Assembly (NCBI GenBank): GCA_964016885.1
Contig: OZ024761.1
Span: 19,344,001-19,408,000 of the forward strand
DNA: 64,000 nucleotides
Origin: Eledone cirrhosa
Lineage: Eukaryota
Direction of reading: 5' to 3'
Made by a program: the position numbers and the translations under genes. Position 1 is the first letter of the stretch. Each line of letters starts with the position of its first letter. Below are positions 41,340-54,974 of this stretch, one piece after another. The notes below the pieces were generated by a model. It made no database searches. It had not been told where the DNA came from and saw only the letters and a program-made list of their open reading frames with translations.

Positions 41340-41370
<31 letters not shown>

Positions 41371-41847
41371 ATGTATATATGTATATATATATATACATAT
41401 ATATATATACATATATATATGTATAAATTAAAAGAAAAAAGTGTATGGCTACAATGGCCATGATGACAGTAAGACCTGTTTCCCCAACAGTTGTAATGCT
41501 GTAATAAACACTTAATTCACTCCTTTGTTCACCTTTATTTTGCTTTTATTCAGTGTCCAGCTGTTGTGTATTTCTTCTGAAAGGGTTTTGGAAAGAAAGG
41601 GGAAATAATTGGGGCCTGGGAATGGGAGGGGGTGGGTGGGTGAATTAACAACAACAACAAAAAAAAACTCCCAAATAAGAAATATTTTCCAGTGTATCAG
41701 GGGTGGTGGGGGTGGCAGGATGGGTATGGGGTCGGGGGTGTTAATTTTTAAGAGGGGTGGGGTGGGACAAAAAATATACACCAAAGAATTCTCTCTCTTT
41801 CTCTTTCTCTCCTTAATGTAAATTGGCACACCCAAACTGAATAGATC

Positions 41848-41887
<40 letters not shown>

Positions 41888-41989
41888 ATATCTGTGTTTC
41901 TTTTTCTTTCTCTTGCTTCCTACGTTCCTAAATTGCCAAGTTCTTCACTGTTTTTCTGTTTTTTTCCTTCATCCCACTAGATGCTGTTT

Positions 41990-42034
<45 letters not shown>

Positions 42035-42045
42035 TGTGTGTATAT

Positions 42046-42089
<44 letters not shown>

Positions 42090-42114
42090 GTGTATGTATG
42101 TATGTATATATATA

Positions 42115-42165
<51 letters not shown>
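40905..42165. repeat. Long compound (CT)n/(TA)n/(CA)n microsatellite tracts; similar tracts at 46695-46770, 59225-59315, 61310-61582, 62650-62780 and 63230-64000
   Basis: Directly visible; these explain the YIYI, HTHT and ERER ORFs in the track. Confidence 0.95.
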
Positions 42166-42167
<2 letters not shown>

Positions 42168-43057
42168 TCCCAGGATTTGTCAAAAAAAAAAAAAAGCCTG
42201 GGGGAAAAAATTGTAAAACTTCAGTTTGAAAAAACACAAAAAAAAAAAACAAAAAAAAAAATTAAAGGCCCCTTCCCTCTCAAAAATATAATATGGAGAT
42301 TCGGTTCGGTAAGAAAGCTGTATTGTGAAATAAATGACTTCCTCAGATTTAATATAGACGATTTTTAATTATTGAATGGGGGGTGGTGGTGGTTTGTGTC
42401 AGCATGTTCCCTGTTGGGGTTTGTCATTATTTCGTTAAATATGGTCCATGTTCTGTATCTTCTGGTAGAAAATGAACTGAACACCTTTTGAATATTATGT
42501 TTAAGTGGATGTGTGCGTGTGCATATATGTATGTGTGTGTGTGTGTGTGTGCATATGTGTATGTGTGTGTGTATATATATACACATCACACACACTTTGT
42601 TGTAACAAAATGGAGTAGGCCTTTCAGTCAGTAACATATCTTCCTGAAACTATGTAGGAGTAATACATATTCATATATCTATTTATATATAAATATACAT
42701 ATATATATGCATATAAACATAGGAAGGAACTTTGTTTCAACAGGTGGACTTTTAATTCTATGGAAAAAAAATATCACATTCATTCTCCCTTTTACATTTT
42801 TACAATGATTTGCCTTGTGGTTAGGCTGTGTCTAACACTTTCAAACAAAAATGTACTGGAATTCATGCTGTTAGAAAGTGGGAAATAATAATAATGGAAT
42901 ACACTCTACATGCCCAAGATTGAGAGACTTAACCTTGTTTACATACTACATACAAAACCTATTCACCACTATTCCCCACTAATAATACACCTCACATGAC
43001 ATGATAATATACTCTACTGGATTAACACCTGATGAAATAGCTAATAACTCATGCACA

Positions 43058-43414
43058 AACACCAATAGCTTACACACCAACACCAATAGCTTACACACCA
43101 ACACCAATAGCTTACACTCCAACACCAATAGCTTACACTCCAACACCAATAGCTTACACTCCAACACCAATAGCTTACACTCCAACACCAATAGCTTACA
43201 CTCCAACACTGATAACTTACACTCCAACACTGATAACTTACACTCCAACACTAATAACTTACTACACGCCAACACTAATAACTTACTACACGCCAACACT
43301 AATAACTTACTACACGCCAACACTAATAACTTACTACACGCCAACACTAATAACTTACTACACGCCAACACTAATAACTTACTACACGCCAACACTAATA
43401 ACTTATTACACACT
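43058..43414. repeat. Compound minisatellite: 9 x 21 bp followed by 7 x 24 bp
   Basis: Units aacaccaatagcttacactcc, then aacactaataacttactacacgcc. Confidence 0.95.
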
Positions 43415-43511
43415 AAAACCAATAACTCTAGCCTGGCCCAGCACATTCAGGCTTTATACCAGACACACACACCAACACTTCTCACACACTTCTCACACAC
43501 TTCTCACACAC

Positions 43512-43563
<52 letters not shown>

Positions 43564-44389
43564 AACATCAATGACTCACACAACCAACACTCCAGACAGT
43601 CACAACTCATCAACGCTATACAAGCCATCCAACACCAATAACTGACAGAGCCGACATTCTAGACAGCCACACTCTATATATCTGACACAGACACATAACA
43701 CTGATTGCACAACACATACAGAACATTCACCACTACCACTACCACCACCACCACCACCACTAATAACCAAAGTAATACAACTCAACATTAGTGCACAAAT
43801 TCCACACAACAGAACAAACACTAAAAATAACCCCAGAAACACTCTCCCAAAACAAGCAAACTGAACCCTATACCAAAAATCAAAAACAGCAAAATTGATG
43901 TAGTATATTGATGTGGTAGGGGTGGAGGTCTATAATACCCCCTCTTTTATCTTTCATCCATGCCCCTCACTTAAGAATATACACACAATACTGTGTTGTA
44001 TCTGATGTAATGAAAAAAAAACCTCATGAAACTGACCAAATAGGGTTACAAATATTGCTTCCTTTGATGGTAATAGTAATGATGATAATTTTCCACAAAT
44101 AACATGGGGGCAGGGGTATGGTGTGGATATTACCATATGTTGTGTGGTCTTAAATTACCCAGCTTGCACGTTCTGTACCATCTATCCATTTCTTATTACG
44201 AAAACATAACATGTCTTAGAACATGTAGATGCCCTGAAGAATTTTTGTCTGGGTTACTTTTTGTGAAGGTACACTGCCCACACACTACTGATCAACTGAC
44301 TGGGGCAGCCTGTTGTTTCCTTGAGCAAGGCATTTCATTTCATGCTGCTTCAGTCCTCTCAACTGAAGAAAGAAAAAAATGAGTACCAG

Positions 44390-44665
44390 CAGCTGGGTGT
44401 TAACTCTTTGACAGACTAGACTAGTCTAGAGGGAAGATAAGCACCTTTGGGCTGGGTATTAACCCTGTGACAGACAAGACTAGTGTCTCCTCTAGGGGGA
44501 ATATAAACTAAACTCCTTGGGGCTAGGTGTTAACCATGTGACAGACTAGTATCCCCTCTAGAGGGAATATAAACTCTTTGGGGCTGTGTGTTAACCCTAT
44601 GACAGACGAGTGTCTCCTCTAGAGAGAATGTAAACACCTTGGGGTTGGGTGTTAACCCTGAGACA
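44390..44665. repeat. ~60-bp tandem repeat (gggctgggtgttaaccctgtgacagactagtgtctcctctagaggg...)
   Basis: Four to five degenerate units. Confidence 0.85.
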
Positions 44666-46052
44666 GGAATAGACTTTACTTTCCTACTCTTTGTTTGGTT
44701 GGAATTCATTTTTACATTTGAATGTGAAGGTCTTACATTCTTGTCTTCTTGCAATGTTAATGTTTAATTTTATAGATTTTGTAGTTTTCTTGAATTAATT
44801 GATTTCAATTCTAATACCATCTAAATTTCTTGTTTTTTTTTATTTTTTTTTTTTAATTTGTTTGTGTAAGCATGTATGTGTGTATGTATGTTTGGGTGTA
44901 CATGTGTTCATGTGTGTGTGTGGTTCCATTTCCTCTTCATCTGTGAATAAACGTTAAGCTGTATTGGTTTTTTTATCATCTTCATTATCGTTATTATTGT
45001 TAATGAACGGTATTAGAGCCAGGAGGGAATGGTGATTATTGGACATTTGGCTGTTATTTCTAGCAATTCAAAATATCGGAGAGTTAATGTAATTTAATTA
45101 CGCCTCTTTCATACCACCCCACAAAAACAAAATTGCTGGTCTTGTGTCTAAAATAAGAAAATTATTATTGGTCTATAGATGATTTGAGTGAAATTTGGCT
45201 ACTAGTTTTAGCATGTTGAGTGAGTGCATAGAAGTAGACAAAATTGTTACAGCATTGGACACAATGCCTTAATGAATTTGTTTTGGCAATTTATGTTCCT
45301 AGTTCAAATCCTGCTGAAGTTATCTTAACCTTTTATCCTTACTGGGTGGGTGGGGAGTCGATGAAATAAGCTTCTAACCAAATACTGGGGTAGATTGAAG
45401 TACCCCCATCCTCCTCTTTCCCAAATTGCTGGCCTTGTGCCTATATTGAAAGTGCATGGCCAAGTGATTAAGTTGTTGGGCTTACAATCATAACATTGGT
45501 TTTGATTCCTAGATCAGGTGGTGCTTTATGCTCTTGAGCAAAACACTTCATGTCACATTGCTCCAGTACACTCAGCTGAAAACGAGTACCAGCAGTGGAG
45601 TGGGATGGGGTAAGGGCTATTTAGCTCTGCAATTTCCATCTATCAAATTTAACCCACATGGCATCGGTCAACTTGAGACTATAGTAAAAGGCACTTACTT
45701 GCCCATGATTTCATACAGTAGAATTGATTTCCCCTCCAAACCATGTGGTTGCGAAGTAAATATCTCAACCTGACCGCGTTCACTATACAGTCAACTAAGT
45801 CCCTTAACCCTTTAGTATTTAAACCGGCTGTATCCGGCCAGAACTCTTTTCCCTTTTTGAAACCAGTAGTAACCAACACTGACATTAAGATATCGTTCTT
45901 AAAATGAATAATAACATCATCAAAATCTCATAGACTCGATATTATGTGAGATAAAGCCTTTACTATGAATATACAATAATAAATATAAAGTAATGTAAAT
46001 GGTTAAAGGCAGTGTCCCAACATGTCCACAGTTTAATAACTGAAACCCTTAA

Positions 46053-46328
46053 CCCTTTAGCATTTACATTACTCTATATATTCTGTTGTATTTTTATAGT
46101 AAAGGCTTTCATCATCATCATCATCATCATCATCATCTTTGTTTAACGTCCATCTTCCACGCTAGCATGGGTTTTGTCTTGCATAATTATCTCACATAAT
46201 ATCAAATCTATGAGATTGTGATGTTATTCATTTTGAGAACAATACCTTAATATCAGTATGAACAGCTGGTTACGGTCGATTTTACAGAAAGAGGTGAGAG
46301 AATTCTGGCCGGTTTAAATGCTAAAGGG
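46053..46328 (-). mobile_element. piggyBac-type MITE family 1 with a 20-bp flanking direct repeat and an internal (CAT)n-tailed insertion (~46110-46175)
   Basis: TIRs intact; ttaataactgaaacccttaa on both sides. Confidence 0.9.
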
Positions 46329-46692
46329 TTAATAACTGAAACCCTTAAATGAGCATCATTTAGAATGTTAGGAGTGATGGGGGTGTTAGTGAAAGTACAG
46401 GGTGTTGACATGTAAGTTTTCAATGACCTAGGTGGGGGGAGAGGTACGTTTTTGTGGCATTGGTGTTTTTTGTTTGTTTGTTTTTATTTTCTGTTCCTTA
46501 TTTTTTTTCTTCTCTCCCTGCATCTTCTAAGAAGTGGTTTAAGCAGTTGGCACGAGGAAGGGCATCCAGCCGTACAATGTTGCTCTAAACAGGATCCTAT
46601 GATGAGAGTATGAAGCCTTTCATGAGGCTAACCCTTTAATTTAACAAAAAAAAAAAAATAATGCCTTAAAACACTTGTATACATACACGTAC

Positions 46693-46772
<80 letters not shown>

Positions 46773-46773
<1 letters not shown>

Positions 46774-46881
46774 ATATTAAGGCTAAAAAGTGAGTCCCGT
46801 AACTTTGGAGTTTTGCCTGTTTATCACAGGGTCATTTGGTGAAACCCCACACTAACAAGACTCACATTTTAGCCTTAATAT
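46773..46881. mobile_element. Small MITE with ~24-bp TIRs
   Basis: tatattaaggctaaaaagtgagtc ... gactcacattttagccttaatata. Confidence 0.7.
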
Positions 46882-46941
46882 AAATGAATATTAAAACCCT
46901 ACTCTGGTGTTGAGTACTCCTTTCTCTCAGCCATCAACCAC

Positions 46942-46981
<40 letters not shown>

Positions 46982-48014
46982 ATGGTTTTGATTAATATCC
47001 AGTTATTTACAATTTGCTCAACTGATTCAATATATATATTAGAAAGAGTCTGGGCCCGATGGCTGAGCTCTTGCCATTTCAACAGCTAGTTCCAGACTAA
47101 CTGGTTCAATCCTGATATATGTATATGACTAAAGGGGTTGGTACTAAGAAGGGCAGCTTAAACATTACATCAAAATGTATCCCATGATAAGTATAACTAA
47201 GTCTGTTGGTACCCGCCTTACTTTGGTGGTGGAGGGGGGTGGATGTATTTCTTTAAATACTCATTCTTGTATTTTCCTGCCTTGCTGTCATCATTTCAAC
47301 TACTCAATGACAGAAGTTGTTTGTTTCTAAACTGAAAATATTCTGGTCTGAGACTGACATTATTAGACCAAAATAATCTTGTTAATTTACTATTAATATC
47401 TTTCACCTCATGAATCATTCTTAGCAACATATTCTTGAAAAGAACCAAACAGCATTACGACTGCATCTGTGTTTTACCCCCAATACTACAAATTTTCACA
47501 ACGATGCGTCTACTAATAAAGATACAATAAACATTTCAATTAAGAAACCCATAGATATTTTCTGTTAAATCAATCCAAGATAAGTGTTTAAAAAAAAAAC
47601 GATTAAATTCTCTTAAAATTCTATTAATTTCTCTTAAAAAATCTATTAATTTCTCATAATCTATTAGTTCCCCTTAAAAACCACCATTGATTTATCTTCA
47701 AAAATCTATTAATAAATGAACCCTACTAAATTCCTTTGAAATTAAGCCTGGCCTGTTAAATATCTTAGCTGTATCTTGATGTGTATATATTTATCACTTA
47801 ACATTTTAAAATGTTAATCTGTCCTTAAATCTACAATATAAAACCATCACTTGCTGGTTGTTCATTTCAAGGGGAAGAGGATATTTTGTAGAATATTCTT
47901 TCTTGTAAGATATTATGATTAACAATACTTAACAAAAAAATATCTTTTTAAAATTTTAATAATTAAATTTAAAGAAACTACTTTTCAAAATCCTTATTCA
48001 GTTAAATTTAGCTT

Positions 48015-48130
48015 TTAATCTTTAGCACGCTAGTAATTTATATGAGTTGTTTCCCTTGGCACTACATTATCTATTAAGTGGAAATTACTCATATAGCGCC
48101 ATGTGTCGTTCACAGCGTGCTGAAGGTTAA
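48015..48130. mobile_element. Small TTAA-flanked fold-back MITE (piggyBac-like)
   Basis: ttaatctttagcacgct ... agcgtgctgaaggttaa, plus an internal inverted pair tatgagt..tttcc / ggaaattactcata. Confidence 0.6.
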
Positions 48131-49944
48131 ATAATCTCTGAAATAACAATAATTTATATTAAAAAAATAAATAAATAAAATGCCTTTTTTAACAAAAAAA
48201 TTCTTAAATTTAAATTTAGCTTTAAATCTGTGATAATCGCAGACAGATTATTTTTCAAAGATTATATCTTTTCTTCAGTGCCATGCTTTTGCAAGACAGC
48301 TTGTAGAATGAATTAGAGAAATTTTCCTTCAGGTATGTTATTAATATATTTGAAATATCAGCTTGCTAGGTAATTTTCTCTTATCTTTCACAACATTAGA
48401 TTGCCAATTTTACTTAGATACCAAAATATACATATTTATATAGAATATTTATTACATTATATTAATACCAAGACGAGATGAATTTTCATATTTTATATAT
48501 ATATATCTATGTCTGTATTTGCATATCTGTATATGCATATCTGTACATGTAGTTATGTGTATATATATGTATATTCCTTGTCATGTGTATATATATGTAT
48601 ATTCCTTGTCAAGTTTGTAAGCTACACCAATATAATGTTCCGACAGTCTAACTTTAACATTGCTTAACCCTTTTGTTACCAAATTTCTAAATAGAAGAAA
48701 ATGGTTAAATCAACAAGTTAGTGATCATAGAACCAGGTGTGGTTTGGTATTAAAAGTCTTAACCCTTTCATTACCATATTTGGTAATGGAATCCATTATT
48801 TATGATTTCCTAGTAATTAAAAAATGTTTTTGCTAATCAAAAATTTGAAGGGAGCTGAACTTAGCAATGGTTCTTGCATAAAATTATGATGGAAGGTTTT
48901 ATATATATAATCTCAAAATTAAATGTTGAATTAAAAACTCAAAATAGTCCCCTATAATCAAATTAGCTCAAGGAAAAAATACCCGAGCCGTTTATGACAC
49001 AGTAAAGAGAGAACAACAACACACACATATATCAATCACATTTTATGTGATGATGATTATTAGTACAGATTAAAGTTTAAGCAAAGAACCGCTGCTTTCA
49101 CCCTATTACGGGATCTTCTGAAGATCTGTGATTGAAAATGACTTTATAAAAAAAGGTATAAAACTTTATATTCAGACATATATTGTACAAATTACCACAA
49201 TTATATGGTCATTTCTTTAAAAATTATAGACTTTTGATACACCCTGTAATTATCAATATATTAAGTTGGTGTGAGGAACATAACTTGATAAAAGACATAT
49301 ATAGTGATATATCGAGCTGGGTTTTTTTACATAAAAATTATGGTGGAATGTTTTTAGTTCATATTGTGGTTTCAGGCAGTTTGGTATCAAAAGGGTTGAT
49401 AAATAATTTTAATGCTTACTATTGGTCAAGCTTTTTTTTAAAACTTTTTTTCTCAATTTAATACTCATGGGTCTCACTCTCCCTGCTTATTAAATTTTGA
49501 TAATCTGTCTCTGGCGAAATTTTATTTTAAGTGGTAGCATTCCTGTGACAATTTTCTTCAGACCTTAAAAAATAATTGTACATTACAAGAAATCCCATAT
49601 GTTATAAAATAAATAGGATGGGTTGGTGGTCTCAATATGTAAATTTAATGACTAATTCTGTTTTTTTGTTTTTTTAAATAAATCAATGGAGACACCCTAG
49701 ACAAATTGCTGATTTTCCATCCCTTCCCCCTGTCGGGCTTATTCGAACTCAGCCTACTATTTGGGACCCAAGAGTAATTCTTTAAACTCTCTACATCTAA
49801 TCTATATCTAATGGCTTTTACAGGTGCTGGCCGTATAATTTTCAAAAAAATTTCTATATTAATTTTATCGATCTTTTAAAAAATATAAAAGCCCTTTTCT
49901 TCAGCTACTCTCACTTGGTAAAAAAGGCAAATTTATTATTATTG

Positions 49945-51113
49945 GGGTCTGTAGTGCGTTGGACAAAATGCTTTGCAGCCTTTAGTTCCAACCCCTTTTA
50001 CTTTCAGAGTTCAAATCTTGCTGGGGTCAACTTTGCCTTTCATCCTTCTGAGGTCGATAAAATAAAGTACCAAGCAAGTACTGGGGTCAATTTTATCGAC
50101 TTTTCCTTTACCCACAAATTGCTGCCCTTGTGTACTTAGTTTAGATATCATCATCATCATTATTGGCAGTATTGGTAGAGGGTCGGATGCCATGCTTTCT
50201 AGCATAGTTACGTTCCTTTATGTTCTGAGTTCAAATCGTGTTGAGGTTAACTTTGCCTTTCATCCTTACGGGGTCGATAAAATAAAGTACCAGTAATGCA
50301 CTGGGTAATAGTTGGCCTTGTGCTAAAAGTAGAAACAATTATTTTATTATTCTCCTTTCCCCTAAAATTGCTGGCATTGTACCAAAATTACAAACTACCC
50401 ACCGAGGTTAACTTTGCCTTTCATCCTTACGGGGTCGATAAAATAAAGTACCAGTAATGCACTGGGTAATTGCTGGCTTTGTGCTAAAAGTAGAAACATT
50501 ATTATTAGTGTTGGGAGGACGGTATATTGTCAGTAATTGGTAGAGCGTCAGACACCATGGTACACAGTATAGTTACAATTCTTTGCATTCTGAGTTCAAG
50601 TCCCATCAAGGTTAGCATTGTCTTTCTTCATTATGTCCCCTCCTCCAAAATTGAAAATTGTTGGCCTTGCACCTAAATGAGAAACCATTAAGCAGGTGAA
50701 TTGATAGTGTTGGTAGAGCGTTGGACAATATGCTTTGTGGTGCATAGTTACACTGCTTTATGTACTGAGTTCAAATTCCGTGATGTTAACTTTGCCTTTC
50801 ATCCTTACAAAGTCGATAAAATAAAGTACCAGTAACACAGTGGGGTCGATTTGATCGACTTTCTCCTGCCCCTAAAATTCTTGGTCTTGTGCTTAAATCA
50901 GAAACCATTATTATGCTAGGTGTAGGGCAGTGGATTAATAGTATTGTAGAGTGTCGGTCAATATGCTTTACATTCCAAGTTCAAATCCTGCCGAGGTTAG
51001 CTTTGCCTTTCATCCTTACAGAGTTGATAAAATAAAGTAGTACCAGTAACATAGTGGGGTTGATTAAATCGACTTTCTCCTAAAATTCTTGGCCTTGTGC
51101 CTAAATCATTATT
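49945..51113 (+). repeat. Head-to-tail cluster of about six SINE family A copies
   Basis: Units start near 49945, 50160, 50400 (5'-truncated), 50515, 50692 and 50925, all in the same orientation. Confidence 0.85.
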
Positions 51114-52145
51114 ACGTTAGGTATAATTGTTATATGGTAAAAAATAAAAATAATAAAGCACAAATATCTTGGTTTTAACTTTAACCCTTTAAAAAAAACC
51201 ACTTCCACTACACAAGAGATTATCGGACTATTTTTCTCTTCTTCTGTTAAACCTTGGCCAGTATTCGAGATCTAGAAACATTCATTTTCTGAATTTACCA
51301 AATTCTGCCACCCACTTTTTAAACATTTATTCCAACTAATTATTTAAACTATATATAACTAAAACTTTTAAGAACTCAATTTCTCTTTTAAATTAAAACC
51401 ATAAATTTTCTTTTTTAAACATGTATTTTAAACTAAAATTTTAAAGTAGTTATTTTTTAGATTAAAATCATAAAAATATTTTTTTTCAGCCAAGTATTTG
51501 AGGTTAGTTTTAAAAAATGTATTTAAACTGGTTTTTGAATAAATGAAACTTTAAAGTAATTTGGGAGTCACAATTCAAAAGATTAAAACCTTTAAAAAAA
51601 AACTTTTTCAAACAAGTTTTTTTTCAAATATTTAGGGGTTATTTAAAAAAGAATTTAAACCATTCAAATTTAAAAAAAACGTATTTAAACTAGATTTCTA
51701 TACGTAAAACTGCCAAGTATTGGGTAGTTACATATTTTAAAAGATTTTTTTAATGGTTTAATTTATAAAAAATATTAGAACTAGATGTCTAACTAAAATT
51801 TAAAATTTTCAAGTTATTTGGGAGTTAAAAACTGTTTTCTTTTTTTTTTTACTCCAAATATTTGAGAGTTTTACTATGTTTAAAAAAAATGTAAAACTAT
51901 TTCAAAATGTTTTTAATGCTTTGAAAATTTAGGAGTTAAAAATGGATAATTCTATCCTAAATTAATCTGTCTTAAATAATAATAACAACAATAAAAGATT
52001 TAAGTAACAAACAAAATAAACCAAATTCTAATTTTAAATATTGTTTTAACAGATGTCTCGATTCTTGGATTGATGTCTTTCAGAACACTGACCATTGTTC
52101 AATCGCAAAATAATATATATATATATATATATGTCTGTGTGTATG

Positions 52146-52182
<37 letters not shown>

Positions 52183-52400
52183 AAAGTTCAGCATAAAGTA
52201 CAAACAGACAACAACCCTCCCCACCTATATATGTATTGAGATACCGCCCTTCCCCTCCGCAACTATTCAAACATTATATATATACATCTATATATGGTGA
52301 GACACATTTTTCAATAAATGTTTAACTCAAAATTCAAAATATACTCTAAATCTTTCTTTTCCACTTGTATTTTGTTTTATCAGCGTTGAGATTTGTCATA

Positions 52401-52622
52401 TTAACCCTTTAGCATTTAAACCGGCCGTATTCGGTCAGAATTCTCTCCCTGCTTTCTGTTCAAACCGGCCATTACCAGCCGCTCATACTGGTGTTAGGGT
52501 ATTATTCTCAAAATAGATAATATCAAAATCTCATAGATTTGATATTATGGGATAATTATGTGAGGTAAAGCCTTTACCATTAAAATATAATAGTAAATAT
52601 AGAGTAAATGCTAAAGGGTTAA
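52401..52622 (+). mobile_element. piggyBac-type MITE family 1 (~200-220 bp, TIR CCCTTTAGCATTTA, TTAA TSD), well-preserved copy
   Basis: ttaa-ccctttagcattta ... taaatgctaaaggg-ttaa. Other copies: 11775-11989, 24295-24507, 25543-25750, 30140-33546 (two, nested), 34130-34335(-), 35550-36048, 38719-38932, ~39480-39634 (partial), 45804-46006, 46049-46332(-). Confidence 0.9.
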
Positions 52623-52959
52623 AAAAAAATTTTCAATTTTAATTTTATGCTATAAAAAACCCTTAAAAATCCCCCAAAAGGTGATACCTATTTGTATACA
52701 TATAGATATATAGATATGTATATGTATATATATTGATATATTTGGATATATCTATCTAAAACTTTTCTTTTCTTGTGTCACCAACAGAACCACTTTACAG
52801 GGTGGACTTTGTGAATTTTTTTTTTTTGTTGTGGCAGCAGCATTATAAGAGATGAGATGTGGAGTCTGTCAATCGTTATATATATATGTCTACCAAGAAA
52901 CATCGATATATATTTCATATGTATTGATTGAACCTAAAATTAGCTTAGATACATGTGTG

Positions 52960-53330
52960 CGTGTGTATGGAGGGGGAATATCAGGTGTTGTGTTGGTGAA
53001 TTTTGGGAAGCATGACCCCGACAATTAACAACTGATGCAGGTAGTTTGTTCCATGCTTCAGCAACTCTGAGCGTGAAAGAATGTTTCTGAAAGTCATGTG
53101 AATTGAGGAGGATTGTTGTTGGGTGAAGAAATGTCAGTAGTTTCAAGTGGAAGGACATGGTGGCAGAGGAAGACACTGAGAAATGTGAGAAGCTGTAGAA
53201 GTGGTGATGGCTGGTCTCAATATACTGAGACATTTCAAAGGATAAGAAGAAATGGAGAAATTCTGTACTGGTGGGGACTTGACTAACCCAGCGAACCCTG
53301 GGTAAATGAATGAAAAACTCTTGATTGTTG
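52960..53330 (-). mobile_element. CR1/L2-group LINE 3' remnant
   Basis: Minus-strand HSFTLRVAEAWNKLPASVV is the typical CR1-group RT C-terminal motif. Confidence 0.7.
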
Positions 53331-53334
53331 GGCT

Positions 53335-53630
53335 TACATTTAATAAAATATATCTACACTCCACTCACATTTAATAAAGCATATGTACACTCCACTCATT
53401 TAATATATTATATCTACATCCCACTCACATTTAATTTTAAAAAATACCTACACTCCACTTACTTTAAAAATTATCTACACTTCACTTACTATAAAAATTA
53501 TCTACATTTCACTTACTATAAAAATTATCTACAATTCACTTACTATAAAAATTATCTACATTTCACTTACGTATGAAAAATATTTACACTTATATATAAT
53601 AAATGGTATCTACACTCCACTTACATTTAA
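53335..53630. repeat. ~27-30-bp AT-rich minisatellite (atctacacttcacttactataaaaatt-like)
   Basis: About ten degenerate units. Confidence 0.85.
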
Positions 53631-54974
53631 TATATATATTTACAGCAGTTGAGTTTCACTAGTTGAGTAACTAATCTATTCATCAGTTACTTGGTTGGTT
53701 GTCAAATTAACTGTCAAAGCTCTTTTGTCACCCCTGTAACCTTAATGACTCATCTTTGACCCCCATAACTCCTGATGGAGTTGTAGGGGTGCCATAGTGT
53801 CATATGGTATTTCTTGGACATTTTAAAATCTGGCGGTCCTTATCCCTCTCCAGGTCTGAACACAGCAGATTTCTTCCAGTGAAGAATAGAGTAAGAGAAA
53901 GGAAGTAATAAAGAGCTATAGAGGAAGAATCGACCCCAGTACAAGACTGGTATATTTGAGTGTGTGTGTGTATGGAAATACAAATGGTTAAGGTGTTTAA
54001 CTTACAATCATAAAGTTATAGGTTCAATTCCTGGACAGGATGCTGTGTTGTGTTCTTGAACAAAACACTTTATTTCATGTTGCTCCAGAACACTCAGCTA
54101 AGAGTGTGTACCAGTATTAGCTGGGGAATTTAATTCTGCAATATACCGGCATCCTGTCCAGGGAGGGTCTTGTACACTCAGTCACTTAACACCAAGGAAA
54201 CCAGGGTAACCTCTGTCCTGATCAATCTTTGTCTTAGGACAGATTTTTAACTAACTGTATCATGTGTTGATCAGCTGCCTCGACTTATAAACGGGGTTTG
54301 GAATTTTTGCCCATTTCTCGGACATAAAATAGGGTGAGGTCAACTTATATTCGAGTATATACGATAATAAAAACAAGAGAAAAAAACCCCATAAAATTTG
54401 AGGACATTCGTGTTTTTAATATAACATGCTTGAAAGAACTCTGTAGCCATGTGTGAGAAGCTGTGGTTGTTGTCAAGCAATGGCATTATTTGTTTCAGGT
54501 CCTGAGGAGAAACACCAACAACAGACGTTCAAACCAATATCAGGTAAGGTAAAACTTTGAGTTTTAGTAAATTGAAAACAAGACAAGACTCTCCTGCCGT
54601 CAGCAAGTTCGACGTGAAACAAAAACAGCAGAGAAATACTCGTCGAACTATTCTCGGGCCACAAATAATAGGGGATAATTTTTCTAGGTTTTCTTGCTTA
54701 ATTTTTTTTTTTTTAAACATTGCCTCGGAGCTCTAAATCTCAGTCATTCGTGACCGAAGGGGTCTTTACCCTTTACTACTACGTCCCTTCTCCGCGCACA
54801 TATACAACACCCGTACTAAATTTTCGCAGCTTAATCGGTAGAATCGCTTATTAAGGAGTTAGTTTTAAGTTTTGTTTTATTTAAAATAAAAACTAAAGCT
54901 TAAGCTGAAATCTTTGTCAGCCATTTACATAAGGGGACGTTACTACATTACTTAGTGGAGTTATCTCCCCTCCT

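Larger units (their letters stand above)
40132..44990 (+). other. Probable UBE2D 3' UTR/downstream region with candidate AATAAA signals near 40198, 41503, 42329 and 44946
   Basis: Follows the stop codon; poor in transposons relative to the introns; U/A-rich with several AATAAA hexamers. The true end cannot be determined from sequence. Confidence 0.4.

Noticed and set aside
40898-42368. Many ORFs with YIYI, HTHT or SLSL repeats (also near 2359, 7322, 56517, 59079, 61266 and 62639)
   Set aside because: Translations of dinucleotide microsatellites; no coding evidence.
43058-43414. Regular short repeats as a CRISPR array
   Set aside because: Units are contiguous with no unique spacers, no cas genes, and the context is eukaryotic.
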